DNA of 62,873 nt, the filler included, from Octopus bimaculoides (taxonomy: Eukaryota), in NCBI RefSeq assembly GCF_001194135.2. It is 6 parts of 6 records of this genome, joined end to end, with 100 filler letters (N's around TTAATTAATTAA, not from the genome) between each part and the next. Parts side by side here need not be neighbours in the genome. Positions count along the whole stretch, not along the records: positions 24,016 to 25,975 come from NC_069002.1; positions 26,076 to 40,324 come from NC_068982.1; 4 more parts are not named here. One strand, written 5' to 3'. Below the pieces are notes generated by a model. The model did not search any database. It saw nothing but the letters and a program-made list of their open reading frames with translations, and was not told the DNA's origin. Both the position numbers and the translations under genes were made by a program. Below are positions 24,016 through 35,726 of the stretch, piece by piece; positions within the stretch are counted from its first letter, which is position 1; each line of letters opens with the position of its first letter.

Positions 24016-24765
24016 TATATATATATATATTGTAGATAGATAGAGAGAAAGAGAAAGAGATAGAGAAAGAGAGAGAGAGAAAGAGATAGATATACATATT
24101 TATATATATAAGATTCATGTGATATTATATCATATAATCAATGCGCGCGCACAGACAGACGACACACATTGAACTGAAATGGTTCGTAGCTTATCTTATC
24201 CAATGGTGCTCTTCGCCTGGACAAAGCACAAAACAAACCTTTTCATTTCCAGCACGATTCCATCTTCTACTCTCACCAAGACACACAGACACACACACGG
24301 ACACACACACACACACACACACGGACACACACACAAACACACACAAATTTCTGGACAGTCTCATGCACGCATACGTACATACATACGCACGCACTCACTC
24401 ACTCACACATGCACATACACATTTAATTAGCAACCGACATAGCAATAAATTAAATAAACAGTGATTGTTATGAAACGCTGAATTAATTAATCGGCAACTG
24501 ACATTTATTTTGGAAGCTGACACCATCAAGATTGATTAAGCCATAAGGATGAAGAATCGATCTATTTAGAGATTTATGTTTAAATACGAAAAATAACTCA
24601 CTTTCCCTTTTTCGTTATGTTTCTTTTCATGTCTGCTTTACAACAAAGATTAGATCGAAATGACGGCTGACACCTCATCTCTCAAAGAATTCTCTACTTT
24701 ATTGGAGAAAAGAGATATTTATTTCTTTCAATATTGTCATCATAAATGGGCCTTACTATGTAATT

Positions 24766-25155
24766 TTGTTGTTGTTGGCACTCCGTCGCTTACGACGTCG
24801 AGGGTTCCAGTTGATCCGACCAACGGAACAGCCTGCTCGTGAAATTAACGTGCAAGTGGCTGAGCACTCCACAGACACGTGTACCGATGACGTAGTTCTC
24901 GGGGGATATTCAGCGTGACACAGTGTGACAAGGCTGACCCTTTGAATTACAGGCACAACAGAAACAGGAAGTAAGAGTGAGAGAAAGTTGTGGTGAAAGA
25001 GTACAGCATGGTTTGCCACCATCCCCTGCCGGAGCCTCGTGGAGCTTTAGGTGTTTTCGCTCAATAAACACTCACAACGCCCAGTCTGGGAATCGAAACC
25101 GCGATCCTATGACCGCGAGTCCGCTGCCCTAACCACTGGGCCATTGCGCCTCCAC
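24766..25155 (-). mobile_element. tRNA-derived SINE family C, full length
   Basis: Reverse copy of 31989-32373; (CAA)n tail; flanks ACTATGTAATT / ACTATATAATT form an 11-bp TSD with 1 mismatch. Confidence 0.92.
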
Positions 25156-25513
25156 ACTATATAATTAAGGACTGAAAAAAAAAACAGTGAATTGGATACA
25201 TACGTTCTGCTTCTTGAACCCACCAGCATTCAGGTTATTTGGTCAAATATAATGCTTATTTATTCCCATTGTTTTGAAGTAAATACGTCACGAAATTTCG
25301 TCTGCCGCTTTATCGATTGTGTCAATCTATCATTTCTTTCATTTAATTCGAATTTTGTCCGACTTGTTTTGTGCTACCCATCAGGTATCTGCAAAAGTTG
25401 GTGATGATAGCAAAGCAACCCACCTTGTTGATATAGAAGGGTGGGCAGCAAAGTCTACTTTCGTGGGATTCGGGATTAAAGCATAAAGGGCAAAAGCGGA
25501 GTTAAGCAATATT

Positions 25514-25516
<3 letters not shown>

Positions 25517-25586
<70 letters not shown>

Positions 25587-25800
25587 ATATATGTATGTAT
25601 GTATATACATACATATATATACATACATACATATATTCATTTATTTATTTATAGGTATGTGTAGTTATACGTATGTATGTTTGTACGCATGAAACCTTAT
25701 ATGTATGTGTGTGTGTGTGAATTGCTGTGTGTGTGTGTGTGCGTGTGTGTGTGTGTGTGCGTGTGAGTGTGTGTGTGTGTTTGTGTGTGTGTGAGTGTGT
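25517..25800. repeat. Compound (TA)n/(TG)n/(TATG)n microsatellites (representative of dozens in the window)
   Basis: Direct reading of the sequence. Confidence 0.95.
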
Positions 25801-28645
25801 GCATGTTTGTGGGAATGAATGTGTGCTTAGTACATATATCTTTATATTGCTGTATCCGCAAATAAATTAAATGCACATATAATAAATGGCAGTCCAATAG
25901 GTAGGAAGGTTTACTAAGGTTGTAAAATCGATTGACTCATGCTTTATAGTTATGTGCGTGAATATATATATATATNNNNNNNNNNNNNNNNNNNNNNNNN
26001 NNNNNNNNNNNNNNNNNNNTTAATTAATTAANNNNNNNNNNNNNNNNNNNNNNNNNNNNNNNNNNNNNNNNNNNNTATATATATGTATGTATGTATATAT
26101 AATACACACTGACACACACGCATACATATGTGACTGTCAGTCAGCAGACAGGCCGCCTTGACGGTTGGACAGATGGGTATACTGACGAACGAAACATCAG
26201 CTCACCAGCAGACATGAGGCTAGATGCATAGACAGAGACGGGGGAGTTACAGAAGAAGTTTTTTTTATGATGACCTATGTCACAAAAAGGGAAAAGGAAA
26301 AGAAAAACAATTCCTGACTGACAAAAAAGCTGAGGAAACAATAGATAACGGTGCATGTCAGTCTTCAAACTTTTTGTTGTTTACAACACGTGGTGTAGTG
26401 TTAATAATCTCAACAAAAACACTACATATATATATATATATCAATCGGTGCCCTTACGCCCGCGTACCACTCTGGATTCATCATTGTTTTATTTTGGAGC
26501 TTTTGTCCCTGTAAACTCGTTATTCGAGCAGATCTCTAGCTAAGTAATATCTGTTGAACATCTTAAAGAGACCAAACGTACAGTAAAAGGATGATCAGAT
26601 ACGAAAATTTAACGAGGAAATCAATCACTTAGTACCCAGATGTGCTTCAGTCAACATCGATCACCTGATCTTCCTTTTTAATTCGAGTTAGATATTGACG
26701 CATCATTCGTACAAGTAAGTTGTATTAAATAGTAATAATAATTCTTATAATTACACGATTTATCACTTTAATTTGTCAGTCTGTATATTCTGAATTCAAA
26801 TGCATTGGATGTAGGTGTATGTTTCCTCTCGCTTTTTTATTAGATTTTTAAAATATTTAAATTAGATTTAAATTCAGAAGGTTATTTGTAATGGTTATTG
26901 CTTGAGTAGGTAAATAACGAAATATAAATATCCGTGAAACTGAATACCACGGGACCTTCACCTTAATTACTTCGTTTATAATGATAACCCTTTGTCCTAC
27001 ATCTGTTCACACGTGCTTGCGAGCTTTCTCTGGTTTCTTACTGGTTTTACGCCATAATTAGCTGAAAGAAAATAATCCGATTTTAATGTTCACACTAACG
27101 TATCCGGCTAACACACTTTCTCTCTATTTCTCTTTTTCTTTCTTTCTCTCTTTCAGCTTACTTCCAAATTAATATATCTATATATTTATATATACATGTA
27201 TATGAATTTTTTGTTTACAAATAAATGATCGAGAATAACCAGATGTTAGTAGAGGTCCTTAGCTCTTTTTTGATAAATGTTTATGGGTTCAAAACTCTGA
27301 GCATATTAGTTATCTCCTCTATGTCATAAGTGTACTTAGTTCCCCAAGCATCTGGACAAGCAACACAATATTGAGATATTTTATTCAGGGGAAGCAACCC
27401 GTGCACTGTCGTCTACAAATTTTACTCTCTTTTTCTCTCTCTCTCTAGTTTCGATTCACTCAGAGATGCAAACAAGGATGTTGGGGTACACGGATACGAC
27501 GATCTCGTGCTATTCAGCTCACGGTGAGAGATGGCTTATAGTGTCTCGTCCCGCCTTCTCAGCCGTAACCTCTTGGACATTAGCGTACCCTCGGTTCCTA
27601 ATAACTATTCACGAAGCTGGATTTAATTTGTCTTGCCCAAATCTCAGATATGTTACATACTCTACGACATAACACCAAATTATTAACACACGTTTCACTG
27701 GGGGGAAAGAAGCTCTTTTAAGTGTTTCCTTTGTTTGATAGTGGAGGGCTAAACTACGAGAAGAAATACATAATTCCTCATTTAAAAAAATAAAAGATAG
27801 AAGGTAAAAAAAAAAAACAGGATAGTTACAGACTTTGATCATGCGTCTGCTTGACCGCAATTGATTTGGGATAGTTGTGAGAAACAGCAGTTCATGTAAT
27901 AATCAATAACAAGTTTTACGTGAACTGTCAGTTACTACGATACACAACTTGAGAGTCAACTTGGCCTTTATACCATCTAAGATAGATAAAATAAGTATCA
28001 AGCATGTACTGCAGTAACCAAACATTTCTTACTCATTCTTGTCACCTTATGTTATAGTAAAATATTGATGGGTTTAACCCATAAAGCGCTGGGATTCGCA
28101 CTTACATAGTACGGCCTGCTGAGCACGTTTTTTTTTTTTTTTGAAAATGAGACTACCATGCACACATGAAAAACAAAAAATAGTTAAAATATCTTCTTAG
28201 TATATAATGGTGGCAAGTTTTACATCATCTGGAAAGTCATTAGTTGAACAATTAGTCCTCTTGCATTCTGGCGGGTATCGGAGCGTTTCAGTGACATGAG
28301 AGCCCCAGCAAACGCCCATAAATTAAATGCATCTATCCGAGTCACGATCGTGGCCTGTCGACCTGATGGCCATGATCGTGGCCCGTCGCGCTTTACATGT
28401 TAGTCAATTATTGACAGGTACTTCGGATTATTACACTAGCCAACCAAATTATTACACTAGCATGAAATAAGTATTACCGAGTACTCTTTCAATGGGTGTC
28501 CAAACACCCACATACTTAAGATTAAGTATAAGAACTATAATTCTTTAAATAAATCAAAAGCCTATCTTTGCTAGGATCTCTCAGATAAATTGATCAGTAC
28601 TATAGTCATTTCCAAACTTGGAAGAACAATTTTTACCTTTCTCTT

Positions 28646-29557
28646 ATCTTATTTTATCAATCTCTTTTGCCGAACCGCTAGGTTATGGGGACGTAAATGC
28701 ACCGAAATCGGTTGTCAAGCGATAGTGGGGGGACAGATGCAAACACACACACATATGTGTGAGTGTGGAGGTGCAATGGTCCAGTGGTTAGGATAGCAGA
28801 CTCGCGGTCATAGGATTGCGGTTTCGATTCCCAGACCTGGTGCTGTGGGTGTTTGTTGAGCAAAAACACTTAAAGCTCCACAAGGCTCCAGCAGGGGCTG
28901 GTGGCAAACGTTGCTGTACTTTTTCACCACAACTTTCTCTCTCACTCTTTCTTCCTGTTTCTGTTGTACCTGTATTTCAAAGGGCCAGCCTTGTCACACT
29001 CTGTGTCACACTGAATCTTCCGAGAACTACTTTAAGGGTACATGTGTCTGTGGAGTGCTCAGCCACTTGCACGTTAATTTCACAAACATGCTGTTCTGTT
29101 GATTGGATCAACTGGAACCCTCGTCGTCGTAACCGATGGAGTGCCAAAGACATTTGAGCGAGGTCGTTGCCAGTGCCGCTGGACTGGCTCCTGTGCAGGT
29201 GGCACGTAAAATACACCATTTCGAGCGTAGCCGTTGCCAGTACCGCCTAACTGGCCTTCGTGCCGGTGGCACGTAAAAGCACCCGCTACACTCTCGGAGT
29301 GGTTGGCATTAGGAAGGGCATCCAGCTGTAGAATTGTTCAACCCATGCTAGCACAGAAAGCAGACGTTAAACGATGATGATGATGATATATATACAATGG
29401 GCTTCTTTCAGTTTCCGTCTACCAAATCCACTCACAGGGCTTTGGTTGGCCCAAGGTTATAGTAGAAGACACTTGCCCAAGGTGCCATGCAGTGGGACTG
29501 AACCCGGAATCATGTGGTTGTGAACCAAACTTCTTACCACACAGCCACTCTGGCACC
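28646..29557. mobile_element. Nested cluster: family B SINE (-) split by a family C SINE (+, 28765-29147) and a family D element (+, 29148-29387)
   Basis: Family B 3' half at 28646-28760 and 5' half at 29387-29557, both on the minus strand, flank the two inserts at the central microsatellite. Confidence 0.8.
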
Positions 29558-30652
29558 TTATTTTAACATTTTTTTTTATACTATTCTTAATAATATTTAA
29601 TTATAAAAACATGATACAATTTTTTTAAAACACCAAATGGCCGTGCGGTTCCAGTAGAGTTATATGGGAATCAAAGGAGTCCATAGGCCAAAAATAGTTG
29701 AGAACCACTGGTAAGAGTGGATATTCCAAGTCAACATTTTTTTGGTCTCTTTTTCAAATTGGCTAAAACTGAAAATTAAGAAGAAGAATTTGAACTGGAC
29801 ATTTAAAAGTAAATTGAAATTCAGTTTAAAAAATGTTTATATTTAAAAAAAAAAATTATTTATGAATTCAAATTTAAATTTCAGTTTTTTTTAATGAAAT
29901 TCCAATATGAACTTGAATTTCAAAATTTTTTTCTACAATTTTTTTTTTTTCTAATTTGCATAATTCCACCTGAGCATTTTCAATTTATAAAAATATTTCC
30001 GTTTTATCGTCTGAATTTTTAACTAACTACAGTAAATAAATGAAAAGTAAAAAAAAAAAATACTTTTAATCGAAATTCACATCTTTAAATACTATAAAAT
30101 ATTTATCTGACTATCCTTGAAATGATTTTATATCACGTGGCTATTAATATCTTCATATCTTAATATCAATATTTTTAACAGATGTCATATAATGGAAACA
30201 TAACAAGAAAATAAGTCTTTATCTTCTTTCTTCACATGCTTTAAGAAATTATTGTTTCTTATATTTAATTGTTTATGTTATGATTGTATTTACTTCATGT
30301 ACCCAGACTTTGTGGACACCCTGTACAAAACAATGATTGACTTATGTTTACACTTTCATTAGCCTAATTTCAAATCTGTATCATGGTGCTTAGCATTCTG
30401 CTTATCTGGAAACCTCTTCAATATCAATGCATATAGACACACATAGCTCAGAGATCAGAGAGTCTTTCTAGGTTGCACAACTCTGGTACTATGGACATGT
30501 GATTAGAATGTCTTAGGAAAGAATCATCAGACAGATTCTTCAAGCCAAGTCTATGAGCAGGAGACCTAGGGACAAGTTCTATATTTAAGAGATGAGGAAT
30601 TATTTACATTATTTACATTTGATGGATATTTGTCCTCATCTTGTTTGTTGTT

Positions 30653-30698
30653 AACACAACGTTTCGGCTGATATACCCTCCAGCCTTCGTCAGATGTC
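30653..30698 (-). ncRNA. Minimal type I hammerhead ribozyme-like motif (second copy)
   Basis: Reverse copy of 30942-30987 with GACAT in stem I (G-U wobble). Confidence 0.5.
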
Positions 30699-30941
30699 TT
30701 GGGGAAATTTTGAACCTGGGTTCTCATTCCTAACGATGTTACTATTATTATATTATTATTATTATTACTATTATTAATCAGGTCGCTGCCGTGAATCGAA
30801 CTCGGAATCTTTGGGTTAGTAGCCCGCGCTCTTAACCACTACGATTCACGGCAGCGACCTGATTAATAATAGTAATAATAATAATAATATAATAATAGTA
30901 ACATCGTTAGGAATGAGAACCCAGGTTCAAAATTTCCCCAA

Positions 30942-30987
30942 GACACCTGACGAAGGCTGGAGGGTATATCAGCCGAAACGTTGTGTT
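30942..30987 (+). ncRNA. Minimal type I hammerhead ribozyme-like motif (Penelope type)
   Basis: GACAC-CTGACGA-A-GGCTG-GAGGGTATAT-CAGCC-GAAA-CG-TT-GTGTT: stem I GACAC/GTGTT, core CUGANGA and GAAA, 5-bp stem II, palindromic ACGU stem III; putative cleavage triplet GUU. Confidence 0.55.
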
Positions 30988-31988
30988 AACAACAAACAAG
31001 ATGAGGACAAATATCCGTCAAATGTAAATAATGTAAATAATGTACCTAGGGACAAACCAACAATGAGTTGGTAGGATGATATCCATTATCTCAGTTGGTG
31101 TTGTTTAAGAATCCAGCTGGAATGTTTAATGACAGTTGCTTCTGATAGGACCCTAAGAAGTTGCCTGAGGACTCTAACTCCATGACTCTCCTAGAAATGA
31201 TGAGTAAAGAAGATGAATAGATGGATGCACTAATGTAGTTAGGAGTGGGGGGTAAGGACAGTCCACCCCAGGTGGAACTTTTAAAGGGGCACCACTTTTG
31301 GGTCTGCTATAGGCAATATGTGTTTTTTGTGGGGTCTAGGGGTGGAAAACGGAAGGGCCACCCTGGGCAGCACTCACTCTAGCTATTCTAGTGGACGGAC
31401 GGAGACATATGTGAATGGTTCACTGAAACCACTGTTTAAACTGGTAAAAATCTGGAATTGGGAAAAAAAATTAAAGATCAGTGTTAGATATAATCAGATC
31501 ATAGAATGAAATTTAAAGTGTTTCATAAGATCTTTTGCATCGAGGACTGAGTAATTTGATGTTTTAAAAACTTTACCCTTTGTCATAGAGTAACAAAGAA
31601 ACAAAATGGTTTTGAGCTTAATCCTGAAGACAGATCGTAAAATGACTGAATGATTTCATGTTTGAATAATTGGGGCCTCAGGAATACATTTCTATGATGT
31701 TGCCTTTGCATTGTACTCTTATACTCTTAAGCAAGGTGCATTTCTCTGAAAACAAATGACTTCTTCAATCTTATGTCAAGAAGTTTGCCTGAAACATTTC
31801 CGACTCCAAACAAACCACTTTAAAGAAACATATTGCAGTCATTTTTGGATGCAGTGCCAGAGAAAGATTCTAGTGAATATATCATGTAAACCAATTATGA
31901 GCCATTTCCCTTCCCTTACGAAACTTATACACTTGAGAAAGGAATGATGTTACAATGTTAATTTCTATTTATTATAATTCAGTTTTGT

Positions 31989-32373
31989 GTGGAGGCGCAA
32001 TGGCCCAATGGTTAGGGCAGCGGACTCGCAGTCATAGGATCGCGGTTTTGATTCCCAGACCGGGTGTTGTGAGTGTTTATAGAGCGAAAATACCTAAAGC
32101 TCCACGAGGCTCCGGCAGGGGATGGTAGCAAACCCTGCTGTACTCTTTCACCACAACTTTCTCTCACTCTTACTTCCTGTTTCTGTTGTGCCTGTAATTC
32201 AAAGGGTCAGCCTTGTCACACTGCGTCACGCTGAATATCCCCGAGAACTACGTTAAGGGTACACGTGGCTGTGGAGTGCTCAGCCACTTCCACGTTGATT
32301 TCACGAGCAGGCTGTTCCGTTGATCGGATCAACTGGAACCCTCGACGTTGTAAGCGATGGAGTGCCAACTAAC
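31989..32373 (+). mobile_element. tRNA-derived SINE family C, full length with TSD
   Basis: A-box TGGCCCAATGG, B-box-like GGTTTTGATTCC; 16-bp direct repeat TAATTCAGTTTTGTGT at 31975-31990 and 32374-32389. Confidence 0.93.
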
Positions 32374-32984
32374 TAATTCAGTTTTGTGTCTTTGCAAGAA
32401 ATCATGTTTTTACAAGAACTGCAGCATTAAAGCTGCTTCTGTCCATTTGAGCCTGTGACACACTTTTCATCTGTGGTTGCTAGCATTTCACTTCAGTTCA
32501 ATTGCTAATATTTTTTCACATCCTAAGCAATTGAAAATGTATCATGTCCTTGTCATGTCCTATAGTTTTAAGACTATGTTTATATTTATAACCATCAGTG
32601 GACCCAGCTAGTATAGAGATAACATTCTAGAAACTTTGCTACAGTCAAAGTTCAATTATTCATATTTTTAGTACCAAATGTCCTCCAGACCAACTTTACA
32701 TTCAGCACTAGTAATATTACTATCATGATTAATGTCATTATTGTTTAGCCCCAAGTCAACCCTGATTGAGCAAACCTATAATCAAATAAATTTAAGCTCT
32801 GATCGTCTCATTCAGATTTTGCTTAAAGTACTTCTAATCCAAAGCTACATTATCTTGAATATGTATGACTCATCTTTTTAAAGAGTATTATCAGGGATGT
32901 TCAGCTATTGTTTCTAGTAGGTCGTATGACCACTCAGAGGGCTTGTTCTTTGGTATGTTGCCAAAGTACAAATATTACTATCTC

Positions 32985-33350
32985 ATCATCATCATCGTTT
33001 CACATCCGTTTTCCATGCTGGCATGGGTTGGACGGTTCAACTGTGGTCTGGGAAGCCAGGAGGCTGCACCAGGCCCCTGTTTCTACTGCTAGATGCCCTT
33101 CCTAATGCCAACCACTCCGAGAGTGTAGTAGGTGCGTTTTACATGGTACCAGCACCGGGGCCAGAGGAGCTGGCATCAACCATGATCAGATGGTGGCTTT
33201 TTACATGCCACCGGCAAGGAAGCCAGTCAAAGCGAAACTGGCATCGGCCACATTCAGATGGTACTTTTTACATGCTACCAGCATGGGGCTCACAACTACA
33301 ATTTCCATTTGATTTGATTTTGATATTGCTGATGTTGATATACTTGACTC
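32985..33350 (-). mobile_element. RTE-tail-related family D element
   Basis: (ATC)n tail then GATGCCCTTCCTAATGCCAACCACTCCGAGAGTGTAGT. Confidence 0.8.
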
Positions 33351-33752
33351 AATAGGTCTCCACAAGCATAGCATGTCACCCTATGATCCAAGGAACTTTA
33401 ACTATAGTTAATACCTAACTGGACTCACACATATCTTTTTTTTCTCATAAGGATAAATATGAATCTCCTAGATCCTATTTTGCTTTTTCCTTTCTCAAGT
33501 CCTTTGTAACAAAATTTTGTTTATATTTCTTGCACTGAAGAGTACAGTGATATATAATTAATTTAATTTAATTTAATTTAATTAATTCAATTCAACCATG
33601 AATTTGCATGATTTTTTATATCTGTACGTAACGATCGTCTGCATGAATTAAAATTCTCTTATATATTTTAACACCTTCTCTTCTCCATTTTTATTAAAAT
33701 TATTGAGTTTTATGGGTTTTCTTTCCATAAATTCACAATACATCATATACAA

Positions 33753-33817
<65 letters not shown>

Positions 33818-34242
33818 ATAAGTAAGCAAAGTTCCTTCTTGAGTTATATAGACTCATAGCGCCGGTTTCCCAATTTGCATGGCATATAGATCCCTCACCT
33901 GGATGGGACACCAGTCCATCACAGATTACTCATTTTTGCCAGCTGAGTTGAAATGAAGTAGTGCGAAATGAAATGTTTTGCTCAAGAACACAACACATTG
34001 CCTGGTTCAGGAACTGAAACCACAGTCTTACATTCATGAATCCAACACCCTCACCACTAAGCCACATGCCTCCACACGCACGCACACACGTTCCTATATT
34101 CAATGTTGGGTTTTTCTCACTATGATTAGTTTAATAAACGAATAGATTCTCATACATGTTTGGAATATTTTTGTCTACCATTTACACAATAATGATCCCT
34201 TAGTAGCTGAACCAATGCGTTTCTCTATGAGTACTTAATGCC

Positions 34243-34711
34243 TTAACCCTTTCCTTACCAGCCCAGCTGAAACGGCTCTGACTCTGAATACAAATGTCTT
34301 GTCTTCATAAGTTTTGAATTAAAATCTTCCACCAAACCTTAGTCACAATTTATGTTCCTAACACTAGCTGAATGATAACAAAGTTATTTTACTAAATTAT
34401 TTGTTATATTTAAAATAATTGAAAGAAACACAGAACATCTCAACAGAAATATGGTAACAAAAGGGTTAACAAATGATTAATTTAACCCTTTTGTTACCAA
34501 CCCGGCTGAAACCACCTCTGGCTCTGTAGTACAAATGTCTTGTTTTCAAAAGTTCTGAATTAAAATCTTCCACCAAACCTTAGTCACAATTTATGTTCCT
34601 AACACTAGCTTAATGATAACTAAGTAATTTTACTAAATTCTTTGTTGTATTTAAAATTAATTGAAAGAAACACAGAGCATCTCAAAATAAATACAGTAAC
34701 GAAAGGGTTAA
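34243..34711 (+). mobile_element. Tandem dimer of a TTAA-flanked piggyBac-like MITE (about 228-bp units)
   Basis: Units TTAA-CCCTTT...AAAGGG-TTAA at 34243-34469 and 34482-34711, separated by CAAATGATTAAT. Confidence 0.8.
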
Positions 34712-35154
34712 TAATGAACTTATCGTATATGGAACTCAGTGTACTACAGCTCATCTGAAAAAAATTGCCAAAAGTGCATGAACAGTACATAGGATAATGC
34801 ACAGGAAGTGAACAGTTAATGAGTTGTTTAAGAAAAAAAGATGGGGACATCAGGTGTACTGTTGGTGAATTTCAGGAAGCATGGAAGTTTTGAAGGATGT
34901 AGTATCCTGACAGCTAACAATTGAAGCGGTTAGTTTATTCCATGCTTCAGTAATTCTAAGTGTGAATAACTAATGTTCATTACTGCATTTAGCATAATGA
35001 ATAAAATAAATACAACCAATTTTTGTAGGAAGGAGTATAGTGAAATGAATAGATGTCAATATTTTATTGACTACAGCAAAGTTTGAACTCAGAATCTAGA
35101 GAGATGAAGTTAAATACTGTATGTTGCTTATAATCTTTTTCTGCTGAAACTGCA

Positions 35155-35690
35155 ATCTTTTCTACTCTAGGCACAAGGCCTGAAATTTTTTGGGAGGAGG
35201 CCAGTCGATTAGATCGACCCCGTACGCAACTGGTACTTAATTTATCGACCTCGAAAGGATGAAAGGCAAAGTCAACCTCGGCGGAATTTGAACTCAGAAT
35301 GTAAAGACAGACAAAATACTGCTAAGCATTTTGCCTGGTGTGCTAACATTTCTGCCAGCTCGCCGCCTTCTGCAATTTAATATTATAATAAACTGCTTGT
35401 TAACCACAACCACAGTAACAATTACAACATCAACAATAATAAGAAAAGATTGAAAACATAGATAAGTAAATAAGCCCTTTCTGCTGTGGGCCTACAATAT
35501 TTTAGGGGAAGGGGTTAGTCATTTACATCAACCCCAACACTCAACTAATACTTATTCCATTGACCCCTGAAAGGATAAAAGATGATGTTGATCATGGCAG
35601 AATTTGAACTCAGAACATAGTGATGGACAATCATTTTTATATCTAATCATTCTATCTGATGTGCTAATGATTCTGCCAGCTTGCTGGCTT
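35155..35690 (-). mobile_element. Two family A SINE copies
   Basis: GTCAACCTCGGCGGAATTTGAACTCAGAA...CTGCCAGCTCGCCGCC at 35155-35372; degenerate copy at about 35485-35690. Confidence 0.8.
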
Positions 35691-35726
35691 AGTTAAATAA
35701 AACCAAATATATACCAACCCTGTATA

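Larger units (their letters stand above)
30576..31043. mobile_element. Young fold-back non-autonomous retroelement: tRNA-like head + (TAA)n + Penelope-like hammerhead tail
   Basis: 12-bp TSD ACCTAGGGACAA (30564-30575, 31044-31055); inverted arms 30599-30798 / 30842-31041 with 2 mismatches in 200 bp; the 43-nt spacer carries a minus-strand tRNA-like TAGTGGTTAAG...GTTCGATTC. Confidence 0.88.
30470..31095 (+). mobile_element. RTE LINE 3' fragment interrupted by a fold-back insertion
   Basis: QLWYYGHVIRMS*ERIIRQILQAKSMSRRPRDK|PTMSW*DDI reads through when 30576-31043 and one TSD copy are removed. Confidence 0.75.

Noticed and set aside
26692-26714. 23-nt micro-exon (D)IDASFVQ with a GTAAGT donor, phase-compatible with exon 22624
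   Set aside because: It would skip the conserved SH segment and has a weak acceptor; the similarity to the DAAAIDS motif is too slight.
31989-32065. tRNA-like sequences (also 20923, 22771, 25080-25155, 28765)
   Set aside because: They have A/B boxes but continue into SINE bodies and lack a complete cloverleaf; these are SINE heads, not tRNA genes.
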